From: Botryllus schlosseri
Taxonomy: Eukaryota
DNA length: 64,000 nt
Assembly: GCA_051294905.1 (NCBI GenBank)
Contig: CM119371.1
Span: 28,336,001 to 28,400,000, forward strand
Reading direction: 5' to 3'
Shown here: piece after piece, positions 52,859-63,836 of the stretch
Position numbering within the stretch: the first letter of the stretch is position 1
Layout: each line of letters starts with the position of its first letter
Made by a program: the position numbers and the translations under genes
Notes under the pieces: generated by a model
What the model was told of the DNA's origin: nothing
Seen by the model: the letters and a program-made list of their open reading frames with translations, nothing else
Database searches by the model: none

Positions 52859-53290
52859 ATAAGCGAGATCAATGATATTCTCTATAACCATCCTGATACA
52901 CGAAGTCTATATCTAGGAACTTATCCAGCAGACCAATTACCAAAGAAACCAACTAGCGGAAAATTCGCTATCACCATTAATTACGATGAATCGAGTTTGC
53001 CTGGGTCTCACTGGGTGTACAGAGATGACGATACACATTTTCATGATTCACTAGGTTTCGGACCACTAAAACCTCAGATAATCGAATTCCTGGAGCCGGA
53101 TGAATTTTCCGTGACCGGGAAACAGTTACAGAGTATAACTTCGGATGTGTGTGGAGATCGTGCTATAGCATTCTTGATAAAACGAGCTCAAGGATTTTCA
53201 GCCAAGGAATACTTGAATTATTTTGGTGATGATAAAAAAGTGAATGATACGATTGTGCGTGCTTTTGTGAAGAGTTTGATTTCAGAGTAA
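52859..53290 (+). pseudogene. Polinton adenain-like cysteine protease (right-arm copy), 143 open codons, no ATG
   Basis: EINDILYNHPDTRSLYLGTYPADQLP...INYDESSLPGSHWV...FHDSLG...KQLQSITSDVCG...NDTIVRAFV carries His, Asp, Gln and Cys in the order and context typical of Polinton/adenovirus maturation proteases. Confidence 0.82.
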
Positions 53291-53825
53291 TAAATGAATG
53301 TGTAATGTGTATACTTGTGATTCTTGTTGTGACTGTGAACAGCAGACTATTCTATAGGTGCGAAACAGCGGTATACAAGGTGCGAATAGTCCGATCTGAA
53401 GTATTATTCAGCTAGCGATCAATAGTGAGGAAAGACTTAGAACACGATCGGTCATTTGCCACGACTGAGCTACATCATATAAAATAATTTACGATATACA
53501 CATTAACAAAGATTCATTCACATGACTATTTACTTGATACATATTCAACACTGGTCGAGAGATGGCTATACTAACACCGGTTGAGTGATGCATATACCGA
53601 AAAGGGTCACCGGTTCAAGACGAGTTTCGAGGCACCGGTTGAGCGATCCCTATACCGAAAAGGGTTACCGGTCGAGAGATGCCTATACCAACCCAGGCAC
53701 CGGTCGAGCGGAAGGGGGGGTCAAAAGGGTCACCGGTTCAACACGAGTTTCGAGGCACCGGTCGAGCGGGCCCATAAGAGCCCCATGCAAAAAACACCAA
53801 GTCACGAGCGATCATATACACTACT

Positions 53826-54899
53826 AACGTTGTCGCTGCCTTCCCACGCGGGGGAACTCGCCGACAAATGACTTGGATTGCAATCGTTTCCACGTGATTG
53901 GGTGGGGATCGTAGAGCTGCGGGTTCTGATACTTGCTTGGTTGTGCTCTTTCACAACCTGTGGTTCGCTAGAATCTTTACCAACATGGCTTGAGCATACA
54001 TCCGCATACGTTTCAAATCTTGTCTTTGCTTCTTTGTACTGTACATTTTCCCTTTCGCAGATAACTTGGATTTTTGCTTCTCTTTTGTACGCAGGGCATC
54101 CCGCATATGCTGCACTGTGCGTTCCATTGCAGTTAATACAATTTCTCACCGACGAGTTACATGTTTTGTACTCATGTTCTTGACTACCACATCTAGTACA
54201 AGATTGCTTTCCTCGGCAGTACTTACTGGTATGCCCGTATCTATTACATTTGTAGCAGCGAAGCGGTGGAGGGTTGTACGGTCTTGTTCTAAGTGATAGG
54301 TATCCGATGAAGACTCGTTCAGGTGGTGTGGGAGAATCAAACCCCAGTAATATACAATAGCTTGGCTCATATCCTTTGTCCGTCCTTGTTTTCAGTCTCT
54401 TGACGAAAGTCACTCCATACTCTTTCAGATCTTGTCGTATTTCGTCTTCAGTTGTCTCAATGTCGATTCCATATATAACCGCTCTGGAGTTATAGACTTT
54501 GCTTTCCGTTTTGTACATCACCGCTTTGACTGGTATATTGACCTTTTTAGCAGCATCGGTTAAAGTGTCTTGTTCAAGAAGCTTCGTCAATTGCTTTTTA
54601 CTCTTACACGTAACTAGGAGATCGCCAGACGGCATCACTTTAATCGTTTCGTAATCACCAATGGTGTTGTGCAAGCAGCTGTGCACCTTTGTTGGGTGAT
54701 AGAACTTCATCGATCTACCCAAACCTTGTAATACAACCTTCATCTCTTCCTCAACTACTTGTAAGCTTGATCTCAATTTTGCTGGTGGACTATTAGTATC
54801 CCCGTCATCTGTCGATGTCCTGTCAGGTTTGCGTTTCATTGAAGTGTTTTTGGTCCAAGATAAATCCACAATCTCCTGTGAGGAATGTGACTCTGACAT
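53826..54899 (-). pseudogene. LINE ORF1 (gag-like nucleic-acid-binding protein), N-terminal 358 codons
   Basis: Pre-C2HC-like region followed by three knuckles: RCYKCNRYGHTSKYC, CTRCGSQEHEYKTC, CINCNGTHSAAYAGC. Disrupted by the Polinton-like insertion. Confidence 0.9.
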
Positions 54900-55013
54900 C
54901 TCGCGATGCGAGAGTCAGAGCAACGTTGAGGTATAGCTTTCTCTATATCACGGCCTGCAGATACTCGCTGAAATTTCGCCAGAGTTAACGGATTCGCGGA
55001 GGAGCTCCAACAG

Positions 55014-55020
55014 CACGTCC
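55014..55020 (-). promoter_or_regulatory. DPE-like GGACGTG motif of a possible LINE internal promoter
   Basis: Lies +25 to +31 from the inferred LINE 5' end (55044), similar to the internal promoters of I/jockey-type LINEs. Confidence 0.35.
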
Positions 55021-55836
55021 GTTCACCGCGCCGACCTAATCAGGGACGTGTAATAACGCCTTCGCTAAATTTTGAGGGTTACCGGAATCGGTTCCCAATA
55101 CTTTTTATGCTGCACCTATAGGCGATTGTCTTGCGTACTGGTGTGGTTGTGTGTCTTGTGAACTCAAGCAAAGAAATAGCTGCTCCGTAATGACGAAAGT
55201 TAACAGTAAATACGACGGTAGTTTTAGGTAGTGGAGAATGAAGGCTCGGAATGACTGAATGAAGACAAAAAGGTGGGGAATCATACTGCTTCATACTTTC
55301 ATTCGAGTAGATCCGCATCAATGTGATAGGAGAAATTACATAACGAATATGCGATGCATATACTCTCTTGTACAAACTACCCATTTAGTTAGTTCACTGT
55401 CAACTTAGTAACGGTTTATTAATTAGTTCTAGTTCTAGTTCTAATTGTAGATATCTAAACGTGAGAAGTGCTAGTTCTAGTTACGGATTGCGAGCGTAGG
55501 TCTGGTTTTGTTTTGGTTGTGGATTTCAGAAAGTAAGTAGCTCTAGTTCTAGTTATAGTTGCATATTTAAAATGATATTAGTTGCCGAACAACTAGAACA
55601 CAGGTGTCATCATTTGGCTTGAGCCTTGATACCGGTGTTCTGTTGTATGATGTTCTTGCAGCTATTGCCAGCTCATGTCGATAATACGAACAGTGACGTA
55701 GCCAGGGGTGTGTGTTGAAATCGAAACCCTGCCACTTCAAACTCGAAACGTCGTCCTTTTGAAATGCTGATTCTAGGTCTAATATTTCCGATAAAATAAA
55801 AATTAGTGAGTTTCGTCGAGCAGTATGGATCTGAAC

Positions 55837-56541
55837 CAGGTGTCACCAACAGGCGTTTCGCGGGCCGCATGCCGCCCGGGACTTGATTTGAGATTTCGGA
55901 AGAATGCTAAGAAATGCATTATGAAATGCTGAAATTGATTACAGGTTCAACATATTGTTGTTTTTGTTTAAAAATAAACTGTTCTCCTGTGCCCAACATT
56001 ACTATTGTTCACTAACCAAAACAGCTTTAGCGATGGCGGCTATTGGCAACAGCATTCCATCGAGGGAAAATCAGCTGGTATGAATGGGCTGGGCATATTG
56101 CCTTGACGTGCAATGGCCCAAACACTGCCGAAATCGATAGACGCTAAAACGGCTTAGGGCTTCGCCGTAAAATCAGCTTTACGTGGAGTTGGTCTTTCAT
56201 CTATAGTTACGTCTCTCGCTAGCTCCAATATCGATTCCATAGTCGCTGAAAAGCGTTGCCAGATATCGTGCACAACTCAAAGTTCAGAATAAAATTAAAT
56301 TGAATATCATGATTTTTGTTGTATTATTTGTATTCCCTTGATAAATTATTATTTCTTCTTTTGTGGTAACTATATGCAAATCGCCTATGTAAGATAGCAG
56401 TGCGTTGTATTAACATAAAGTTTTAAATCGTGTTTTCTAAGCTGTGTAGCCTATTTTATATCGATATTGAATTCATGCGGCCCGAGACCGCTACGAAATT
56501 TGAGAAGTGGCCCGCGACCCTTTTTGAGTTGGCGACCCCTG
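55837..56541. mobile_element. hAT (Charlie-like) MITE
   Basis: CAGGTGTCACCAAC...GTTGGCGACCCCTG; related inverted copy at 61586-63023; TSD decayed. Confidence 0.7.
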
Positions 56542-57227
56542 GTCCAAACCTTAATTGTCTGTTTGTTTTATTTACACATAACGGTCGCGCTTGTCATCTA
56601 TAAGGTCATTTTCGCCACTACAATGACTTCAGTTATTACCTGTGTTTTCGCATGACTTCACTTGGCTTGGCGTTTCAGAAATATGGATTGACTCGTGACT
56701 CAGAACTAACTATTTCAAGTCATCGAGTAATTGGTGTCGATCACAGTCACCGTATCTCGCATGTTTGCCGATTGTTCGATATAACCTATGGTGTGAACTG
56801 TGATTGTGCGTTATACTGAGCCGCAAACGAAATGATCGGAGCTTACTGCCTACGTTGTCGTACACTACTTTCTACTTTCACAGTTGGTGATGACATGCCC
56901 TGAAAATCTCTACTTCCGCTTTTAATTGATAAGATTTAGATGGTACAGGGCCTACTAAAACTAGTAGTAGTAGTAGGCCATGGATGGTAATATAGTTCTA
57001 CTTCTAGTTGAGTAATAGCATTAACTACTATGAATACCTCTGGCTATATTTTAACGAATAATGAGCTTTTGTGATTCGAAAAAGCATATCATTTCATGAT
57101 ATAATCTTTTGAAAATTTTAGAACGGAGCAATATTTTAACTTTCTCGCGATATTTGATGAAAGGCAGAATAATCGAATTGTATGCTCATCTCAGCTAAAG
57201 TCGTAAAGATCGCTCGCGAAGTTAGAC

Positions 57228-57770
57228 ATGATCCATCCCCAGAATCGTAAAGGCTGCAATGATAATATGTGCGAGGTATGTGGAATGGGATTCATCATCA
57301 AATATTATCTGACAAGACACATGAAAATCCACGCCACTACGAAGGAGTTTGAGTGCGAGATATGCGGAAAAAGCTTTGTGCAGAGGCCTTACCTAATACA
57401 TCATCTCGCGTCCCATGCGATGAAGAAATAATATAAGTGTGACATATGTGGGAGATCATTCAACGCTAGACGGAGCTTGAAGGTACATGTGAACAGCCAC
57501 GCCGGGGTGAAAGATTGTGTGTGCGAAATTTGCGGGAAACATTTCGCTAGTAACGGTCATTTGAAAATACATTTTCTGAGTCATACTGGAGCCAAAGATT
57601 ACAAGTGTCATATATGCAGCAAATGTTTCGGAGACAAACGTAATCTTAGAAGTCATCAGTTGATTCATATCAAGGCGAAAGTTTACGAGTGCAATATATG
57701 CGGAAAATGTTTCCGACATAAAAGTACACTGAACACTCATTACTTGATTCATAAAAAGTCGAAAGATTAT
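57228..57770 (+). pseudogene. C2H2 zinc-finger pseudogene (6 fingers)
   Basis: In-frame TAA at 57429-57431 between fingers 2 and 3; homology to 59620-61002 stops at about 57770; 5' flank homologous to that of 21092. Confidence 0.85.
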
Positions 57771-57986
57771 TTTTGTAATGCCCGGGGACTTACAATTATA
57801 TTTTGCGCTACTGAAGGTGATCCGGCATCACCCATGCCTGATGGTTTATATTTCAAAGTTGAGATGTTGACTACCAAGGAGTTTGTCATCATTAAATTAA
57901 GTATCACTGAACTATCGTAGGGTTGCCATACGTCCGAGTGTTCGGAATTTTAGTGTTAAAACTTCGTCTGAAGGAAAATACTAAAA

Positions 57987-58725
57987 CAGTGGTTCTCAAC
58001 CTGGGGACGCGAGAAACTGACAAGTCTGTATAAATTGTGAATAAACATGTTTTCACAACCATTCTGAGAAGACGACTGTTTAAGATGAAATTTATTTCGT
58101 ATTCGAGAAAGCTTGCCAAATACAAAATCCAGCAGTCGCACTCAACGGAGTAGAGGCTGATTTAAAATTCAGTTCAGCAAATGTTTGATATTCTTTGAAG
58201 ATTTAGAACAATTCCCATGTTCCAATCATTAATTACTTAATAGCATTGGCAGCAGCCTAAAGATCGGTGCGCTGGGAAGCTGTTGTTAATGGCTTGCGGA
58301 CTGCACTGCCTAAGACAGACTTAAATGCAATATAGGTCACGCTCAATTAGGCTACCCTAAATAAACACAATTTAATTCAATTCCAAAACTGATCAAATTT
58401 TGCGTGGCAGGACAGAATTATGACGTGCTCTCTGTATAGTCAGTACAGCATTAGGATTAGTCTCAGTGCAAACTACCTTGAAATAAATTGATGTCCTGTA
58501 CATATGTTTGTTGTTATTTTGAAACAAATTTTGGAGAAATTTGTAAGAAATGTAAAAGACTCAACAACTGGAATGCGGAATCAAACTTGATATACCATGT
58601 GTATACTATTATATTATGTGCTCTCTTTGACATGACGATAAGTGGAGATATGGGTCAGAGAGGGCTGGGCAATTTATTTGACAATCTCCAAGGTGGGCAC
58701 ATGTGCAAAAGGTTGAGAGCCGCTG
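57987..58725. mobile_element. hAT MITE A
   Basis: CAGTGGTTCTCAACC...GGTTGAGAGCCGCTG; TSD tactaaaa/tactagaa. Confidence 0.75.
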
Positions 58726-58733
58726 TACTAGAA

Positions 58734-59190
58734 CAGTGGATCTCAACCTTTATGTCTTTGAGGATCCCTTTAGTACTCCCGTGGATCCCCCAGTTTTAGT
58801 TCAAATCAAGCTCAATCATCATGTAACCGTCATCTGTCTTGTGTAAATATTATCAGAATTCCAGTGTGTAGTGATAAACAGCAATAAAATCACTTTTCTA
58901 TAATACAACTGTGTAGTATGTGGGTAGAAATTTGGAAAACTATATTATTTCAGAGCGAATTATGTGGCTGTATTTCAGTAATAAGTTTGCTTAGCAGAAA
59001 TATATTTCATCTCAGACGGCCATTTTTTGTAGGTGAGTCCTTTGGAGTTTTGGCAGTAATGACGGGAAACTGCCCCGGGATTTCTCTAATTTAAAACGAA
59101 ACGCAAGTTAGGTTATCAACCATTTTGCAAATTTGTAGGTTTCGCGGAGCCCCTGAAAATGATCCGCGGAAACTCAGTTGAGAACCAGTA
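58734..59190. mobile_element. hAT MITE B, adjacent to MITE A
   Basis: CAGTGGATCTCAACC...GTTGAGAACCAGTA; TSD tactagaa/tattagaa. Confidence 0.7.
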
Positions 59191-59619
59191 TATTAGAATA
59201 TGCCTAAATGTCCGGAATTTTCATAAATTAAGGGTCAGTAACAAAATACGTTTACACGGTGGTCGGGGGCTAAGTCCTTGTTTCACGTCAACAGTCCCTA
59301 TGTTTCGAAATGTAGGTGCTTTCAAGTGGAAATTGATATTCAAGTATAGATCCTCATATCTGTGGATAGGGAAATTACATAATATCTATGGGATGTAGAT
59401 TTAACACGATCGCAACAGAATATTTTTAAAATAGCAGCTATTCTCATGGTCATTAGTCATTCTGCACTGGTGTCATCCATTAACTTATTCAGACTACTTA
59501 CCTGAGTGCCTACTTCTACTACAGGTAGTTTTGGCTTGCTTTAAATATCGCTATACTTCTACTTCTGATTAGAAATTGAAGGTTTTATAGTTCGACTTTT
59601 AAAGCTGTAATCTTTGGAA

Positions 59620-61002
59620 ATGAGCCCTTTCCGAATTCGTAACGGCTGCGATGATCACATTTGCGAGGTATGCGGAAAAAGCTTCATCATCAAATCTTAT
59701 GTGACAAGACACATGAAAATTCACGCTGCGTCGAAGGAGTTTGAGTGCGAAATATGCGGTAAACGCTTTTTGCAGAGGCCTTCCCTAATAAGTCATCTCT
59801 CGTCCCATGCAGCAAGAAAAGATCGTAAGTGTGACATATGCGGGAGATCATTCAATTTCAAATCGAACTTGAGAAGTCACATGAAAATTCACGCTGGGGT
59901 GAAAGAGTGTGAGTGCGAAATATGCGGGAAAGGTTTTTTATGGAAGAATGAATTGAAAACACACTATTTGAGTCATACTGGAGCCAAAAATTATAAGTGT
60001 CATATATGCTGCAAAGGTTTCGTAGACAGAAGTAATCTTAGAAGTCATCAGTTGACTCATACCAAGGCGAAAGTTTACGAGTGCAATATATGCGGAAAAT
60101 GTTTCCGACATAAAAGTACACTGAACACTCATTACTTGATTCATAAAAAGTCGAAAGATTACGTGTGTCAGGTATGCGGCAAAGGTTTCCGAACAAAATG
60201 TGACCTGAAAAGTCATTTTTCGATTCATACGGCAGCGAAAGATTACGAGTGCCGAATATGCGCAAAAGGATTCAAAACAGGATCTCAACTGGGAAGTCAT
60301 TATTTGATTCACGCCGGAGATAAGGAACATAAGTGCAAAATTTGCGGGAAGGCATTTCGTTGGAAATCGAACCTTAAGGGACACATGAAGGTGATGCACT
60401 TGAATATGAAAGAATATGAGTGTGATATATGTGGGAAAGCATTTTTGCAAGAGAATCATCTGAGATATCACTATGCAGCCCATATGGATATGAAATACCA
60501 GTGCGAGGTATGTGGGAAACGAATCGATCTCAAATCTAATATGGAACAACACATGAACATTCACGTCGGATTGAAAAAGTTTGCGTGCGATGTATGTGCG
60601 AAACCATACGCCAACAAATCCCAATTAAGAGCACACATGAAATTTCACGCCGGATTGAAAGAGTTTGAATGCGATATTTGCGGCAAACTATTCGGATCGA
60701 AGTCGTACGTTCAGATACACATGGATTCGGCCCACTTAAAAACGAAAGGTTATGAGTGCGATACATGCGGTAAAGTCTTTCGGCAACAATCAAACCTTAG
60801 GGCTCACTATTCCATCCACACGGAAACGCAATACCCGTGTGCAGTATGCGGGAAAATATTCAATGTCAAATCCTACTTGAGAATCCACAACAAGATTCAC
60901 TCGGGAGTAAAAGAGCATGAGTGCGATATATGCGGAATGACGTTCGGTGTAAAAAGTTCTCTTCTGCGTCACTTACGAATCCACGGAAGCCTCGGGAAGT
61001 AG
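59620..61002 (+). CDS. Tandem C2H2 zinc-finger protein, 16 fingers (460 aa from ATG)
   Basis: Intact ORF with 16 CxxC...H...H units; AATAAA at about 61129; paralogue of 21092 and 57228. Confidence 0.9.
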   Translation: MSPFRIRNGCDDHICEVCGKSFIIKSYVTRHMKIHAASKEFECEICGKRFLQRPSLISHLSSHAARKDRKCDICGRSFNFKSNLRSHMKIHAGVKECECEICGKGFLWKNELKTHYLSHTGAKNYKCHICCKGFVDRSNLRSHQLTHTKAKVYECNICGKCFRHKSTLNTHYLIHKKSKDYVCQVCGKGFRTKCDLKSHFSIHTAAKDYECRICAKGFKTGSQLGSHYLIHAGDKEHKCKICGKAFRWKSNLKGHMKVMHLNMKEYECDICGKAFLQENHLRYHYAAHMDMKYQCEVCGKRIDLKSNMEQHMNIHVGLKKFACDVCAKPYANKSQLRAHMKFHAGLKEFECDICGKLFGSKSYVQIHMDSAHLKTKGYECDTCGKVFRQQSNLRAHYSIHTETQYPCAVCGKIFNVKSYLRIHNKIHSGVKEHECDICGMTFGVKSSLLRHLRIHGSLGK

Positions 61003-61585
61003 GGATGCTACAATTCCTGGGACAAATCGAACACGGATCGATGTGGCAGAAATTGTCATCGCAACCACAAAAGTCGTTCGCTGCATCTCTGGAAATATTT
61101 TGATCAAGTAGAAGTGATATCTTGGTAACAATAAATTAGTCTGCTATGGTATTGGTGTCGGTTGCAGCATCGAATGCATTAGGTACTATTAGGGCTATGG
61201 ATTTGATCTGATTCATACTATAACGAAAGAGGATGGCAATATCTGTGCTTGCGACGAGTTGATGGGTATTTCATGATATTTTGAAGAGAAATGGAATTTC
61301 ACGCGCACGTTCGCTGATAGCACTTGAGTGTTCTTTAATGAGGATTAGCGATTTCTTCTTCATGACATGGTGCTTCATGTTTCTAGTAGATTTTACGTTG
61401 TCATCCAAGCTATGCTTCAGGACGTGCAAGTTCGCAAGCTTCATGTGGCCCATTGCCGCCATGTCAGCATGCATTGGGTAGTAGTTATTTAGTATCAAGT
61501 ACTCTAATTTACTTTTAACTGTGAAGAATACAATGAATACGACGCCTAGTCATGTGTAGATTAGGCCTATCAGGGATATCTAAAA

Positions 61586-63023
61586 CAGGGGTCGCCAACT
61601 CAAAACGGGTCGCGGGCCACTTTTCAAGTTTTGTAGCGGCCGCGGGCCACATGAATTCTATATCGATATAATGTAGTCAACCACGTTTCAAAACTGTTCG
61701 TCAGTACCACGCTGTGCTACCTAACATAGGCGATGGGTGTAGTGAAAACAAAAGAAGTAATATTTTAAGGAACGAAAATACAACAAAGGATCACTGTAAT
61801 CAATTTCAGTTTATTCTGAACTCCGAGCTGTGCACGATATCTGGAAACGCTGTTGGGGGCTAGCGAGATACGTTACCAGCAGAAAGACCATTTCCACGTA
61901 AAGCATGATCGTGTGGGGAAGCCCAACGCCTGTGGTTCTCAATCCTTCTTAAACATGCCCCCCTTTATGATACTGAAAACTTACGCGCCCCCTTATCGTC
62001 ATATCACAAAATGCATCCATTATTCTAGCAATCCCAACGGATAGTTTGATGGCATGGAAGGCTACGAATGTTGAGGAGAGAAATTTAAGTTCACTTCAGT
62101 GTGACAAACGGTCAATTTTAAATAGTTCAAATCACATTGACGAGGTAAAGCATGGTAGGGGTTTTAATGTTCGAGGTTCGAGCATAACCAACAGGGATAG
62201 CATAATAGCTAGAAAACTTTACTACATACGGAACCACCTTTATTATTCGATGAAATAAACCAAATAACATTGATGGAAAATAAGGTTGGTTCCTGTGTGG
62301 GTGATATATGGGAAATCTGAGCTCCTCTATAAGTGGGTTTCTCATTTTTCAAGATGATTTGATATCAAAAACTCATCAAGTAAACCTTCCCCGAGTTCAA
62401 ATTGATAGGTACAATTAGAAGAGACTTATTGCAATCTACCTGGGATTGGTATGGTATAACCACGCATCTTTATGGATGGAAATCCCGCTTGGTTTCGATG
62501 CGGGTTACATGTTACTAACCCATTCCGATCATCCATCCCACCTAACCACTTAAATTCCACCTGGATACCAAGTGGGCGTGCTAGCTGGGACCATGACTAC
62601 CACAAACAACATTAGGGTTAAGTACATAGTAAATGTTGACAGTGCAAGTCTTCTCGCTTCGACGAACTTACCCGTAAGCTCCACTCTGGCACGCTGGGCA
62701 GTGCGCACACACAGATACATAAACATACAGTCACTGAAATTTGACGTAGTAAGCAAGTAGTGGGCAATAGCGGCAGACTGATCGGCCGCGGACCACATTA
62801 TCATGTAAGACGGGAAGCTGCCCGCGGGCCGGACAAAATGCCGTCGCGGGCCGGATCCGGCCCTGCCTTAGCCGTTTTCTAAGCCTCTCGGTCTTGGCAG
62901 TGTATGTACCATTACACGTCAATTTCAGCATTTCAAAATGTTTTCTGAGCTGTCTTCCGAAATCTCAAATCAAGTCGCGGGACGCAAAATATGACCTCAC
63001 GGGCCTCGTGTTGGTAACCCCTG
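61586..63023. mobile_element. hAT MITE with internal insertion(s)
   Basis: CAGGGGTCGCCAAC...GTTGGTAACCCCTG; TSD atctaaaa/atctagaa; ends match the reverse complement of 55837-56541. Confidence 0.72.
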
Positions 63024-63433
63024 ATCTAGAATATACAGATATCTCTGGTTACTATGCGTCATACCATTCACAAACTTGCAGATATTTTCCTGGTTCGTGT
63101 ATTCTGCAATTTGCCAATCGAAATTGCGATTTTATGTTAGTCAACTATGTAACTTTTCAACTATAAGCGACGAATGTCCAATTACGGCCACTTTTAATAT
63201 CATACCGTCGCGCATATTTGTGTTTGTAGTTTGTGGCTCAAAGTTGGCGTCAGTCGCGACGCTATCGTGAACCCGCATATAGCAGTTTTGTCTTGAATAT
63301 GAACGACGATCATGATGTTTGTGTGCAACCAGATCTGTGGATGGCAGGAATTTCATCTGACAAGACAGTGGGTGATTGCTGCTGTAATGTAATCGATTTC
63401 AATTACATATTGCGATATGAGATATGACTAGAT

Positions 63434-63836
63434 CAGTGGTTCCTAACCTTCTTAGACTCGTCGCCCCCTTATCCAGCTCGAAACAAATCCCCCCCCCCCA
63501 CCCCCGCCATATTTACGGATCCGAAAAAGAGGACATATAGGCTCAACATGAAATTTATTCACCTAATTCTCATCGCTGATGAAGTGACCAAAAAAAACAT
63601 TTTCTGAGTATGTGCTTGAAAAACTGGTTTCCGTTGAGTTTAACCTCTTCGTTTAGTCATATGCAGAATAAGCCGTCTTCACTTGTATTTTTGACCTTGT
63701 TGATTAAATATATCTCACTGTATATTCTATCATTTTCGCCCCACAGTCGCTCCCATTGGTATTGCCGCCCTCTTGTTTCGCAAACTCACCCACGTGGGGG
63801 ATAGGGGGGTGATACCGCCTACGTTAGGAACCACTG
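63434..63836. mobile_element. hAT MITE
   Basis: CAGTGGTTCCTAAC...GTTAGGAACCACTG; TSD gactagat/tcctagat; 5' end similar to the fragment starting at 17159. Confidence 0.72.

Larger units (their letters stand above)
38401..53825. mobile_element. Giant palindromic non-autonomous Polinton/Maverick-like element (15,425 bp)
   Basis: Termini AGTAGTGTATATGATCG / CGATCATATACACTACT; 6-bp duplication AACGTT (38395-38400, 53826-53831); adenain-like protease in each arm; arms 38401-44767 and 45736-53825 are reverse complements; the insertion splits LINE ORF1. Confidence 0.88.
45736..53825. repeat. Right arm of the inverted repeat (6359 bp plus hAT insertion)
   Basis: After removing 45925-47655, the 8-bp length difference from the left arm is fully explained by three visible indels (7, 4 and 3 bp). 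Confidence 0.95.
34233..55044 (-). mobile_element. Full-length I-group (I/Nimb-like) LINE, about 5.4 kb once the 38401-53825 insertion is removed
   Basis: ORF1 with CCHC knuckles; ORF2 with APE endonuclease, RT, RNase H and a C-terminal CCHC; (TAA)n tail at 34233-34259; putative 7-bp TSD GACGTGT (34226-34232, 55045-55051). Confidence 0.9.

Noticed and set aside
38401..53825. Palindrome as a sequencing or assembly fold-back artefact
   Set aside because: The arms differ by substitutions and three indels, only one carries a TSD-flanked hAT insertion, and the two flanks rejoin into an open LINE ORF1. Read-level confirmation is still advisable.
38401..53825. Autonomous Polinton or complete endogenous virus
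   Set aside because: No ORF is long enough for, or has motifs of, pPolB, integrase, ATPase or capsid proteins.
59938..60972. Minus-strand ORFs overlapping the zinc-finger genes (also 21053-21511 and 57456-57752)
   Set aside because: Antisense shadows of repetitive zinc-finger codons.
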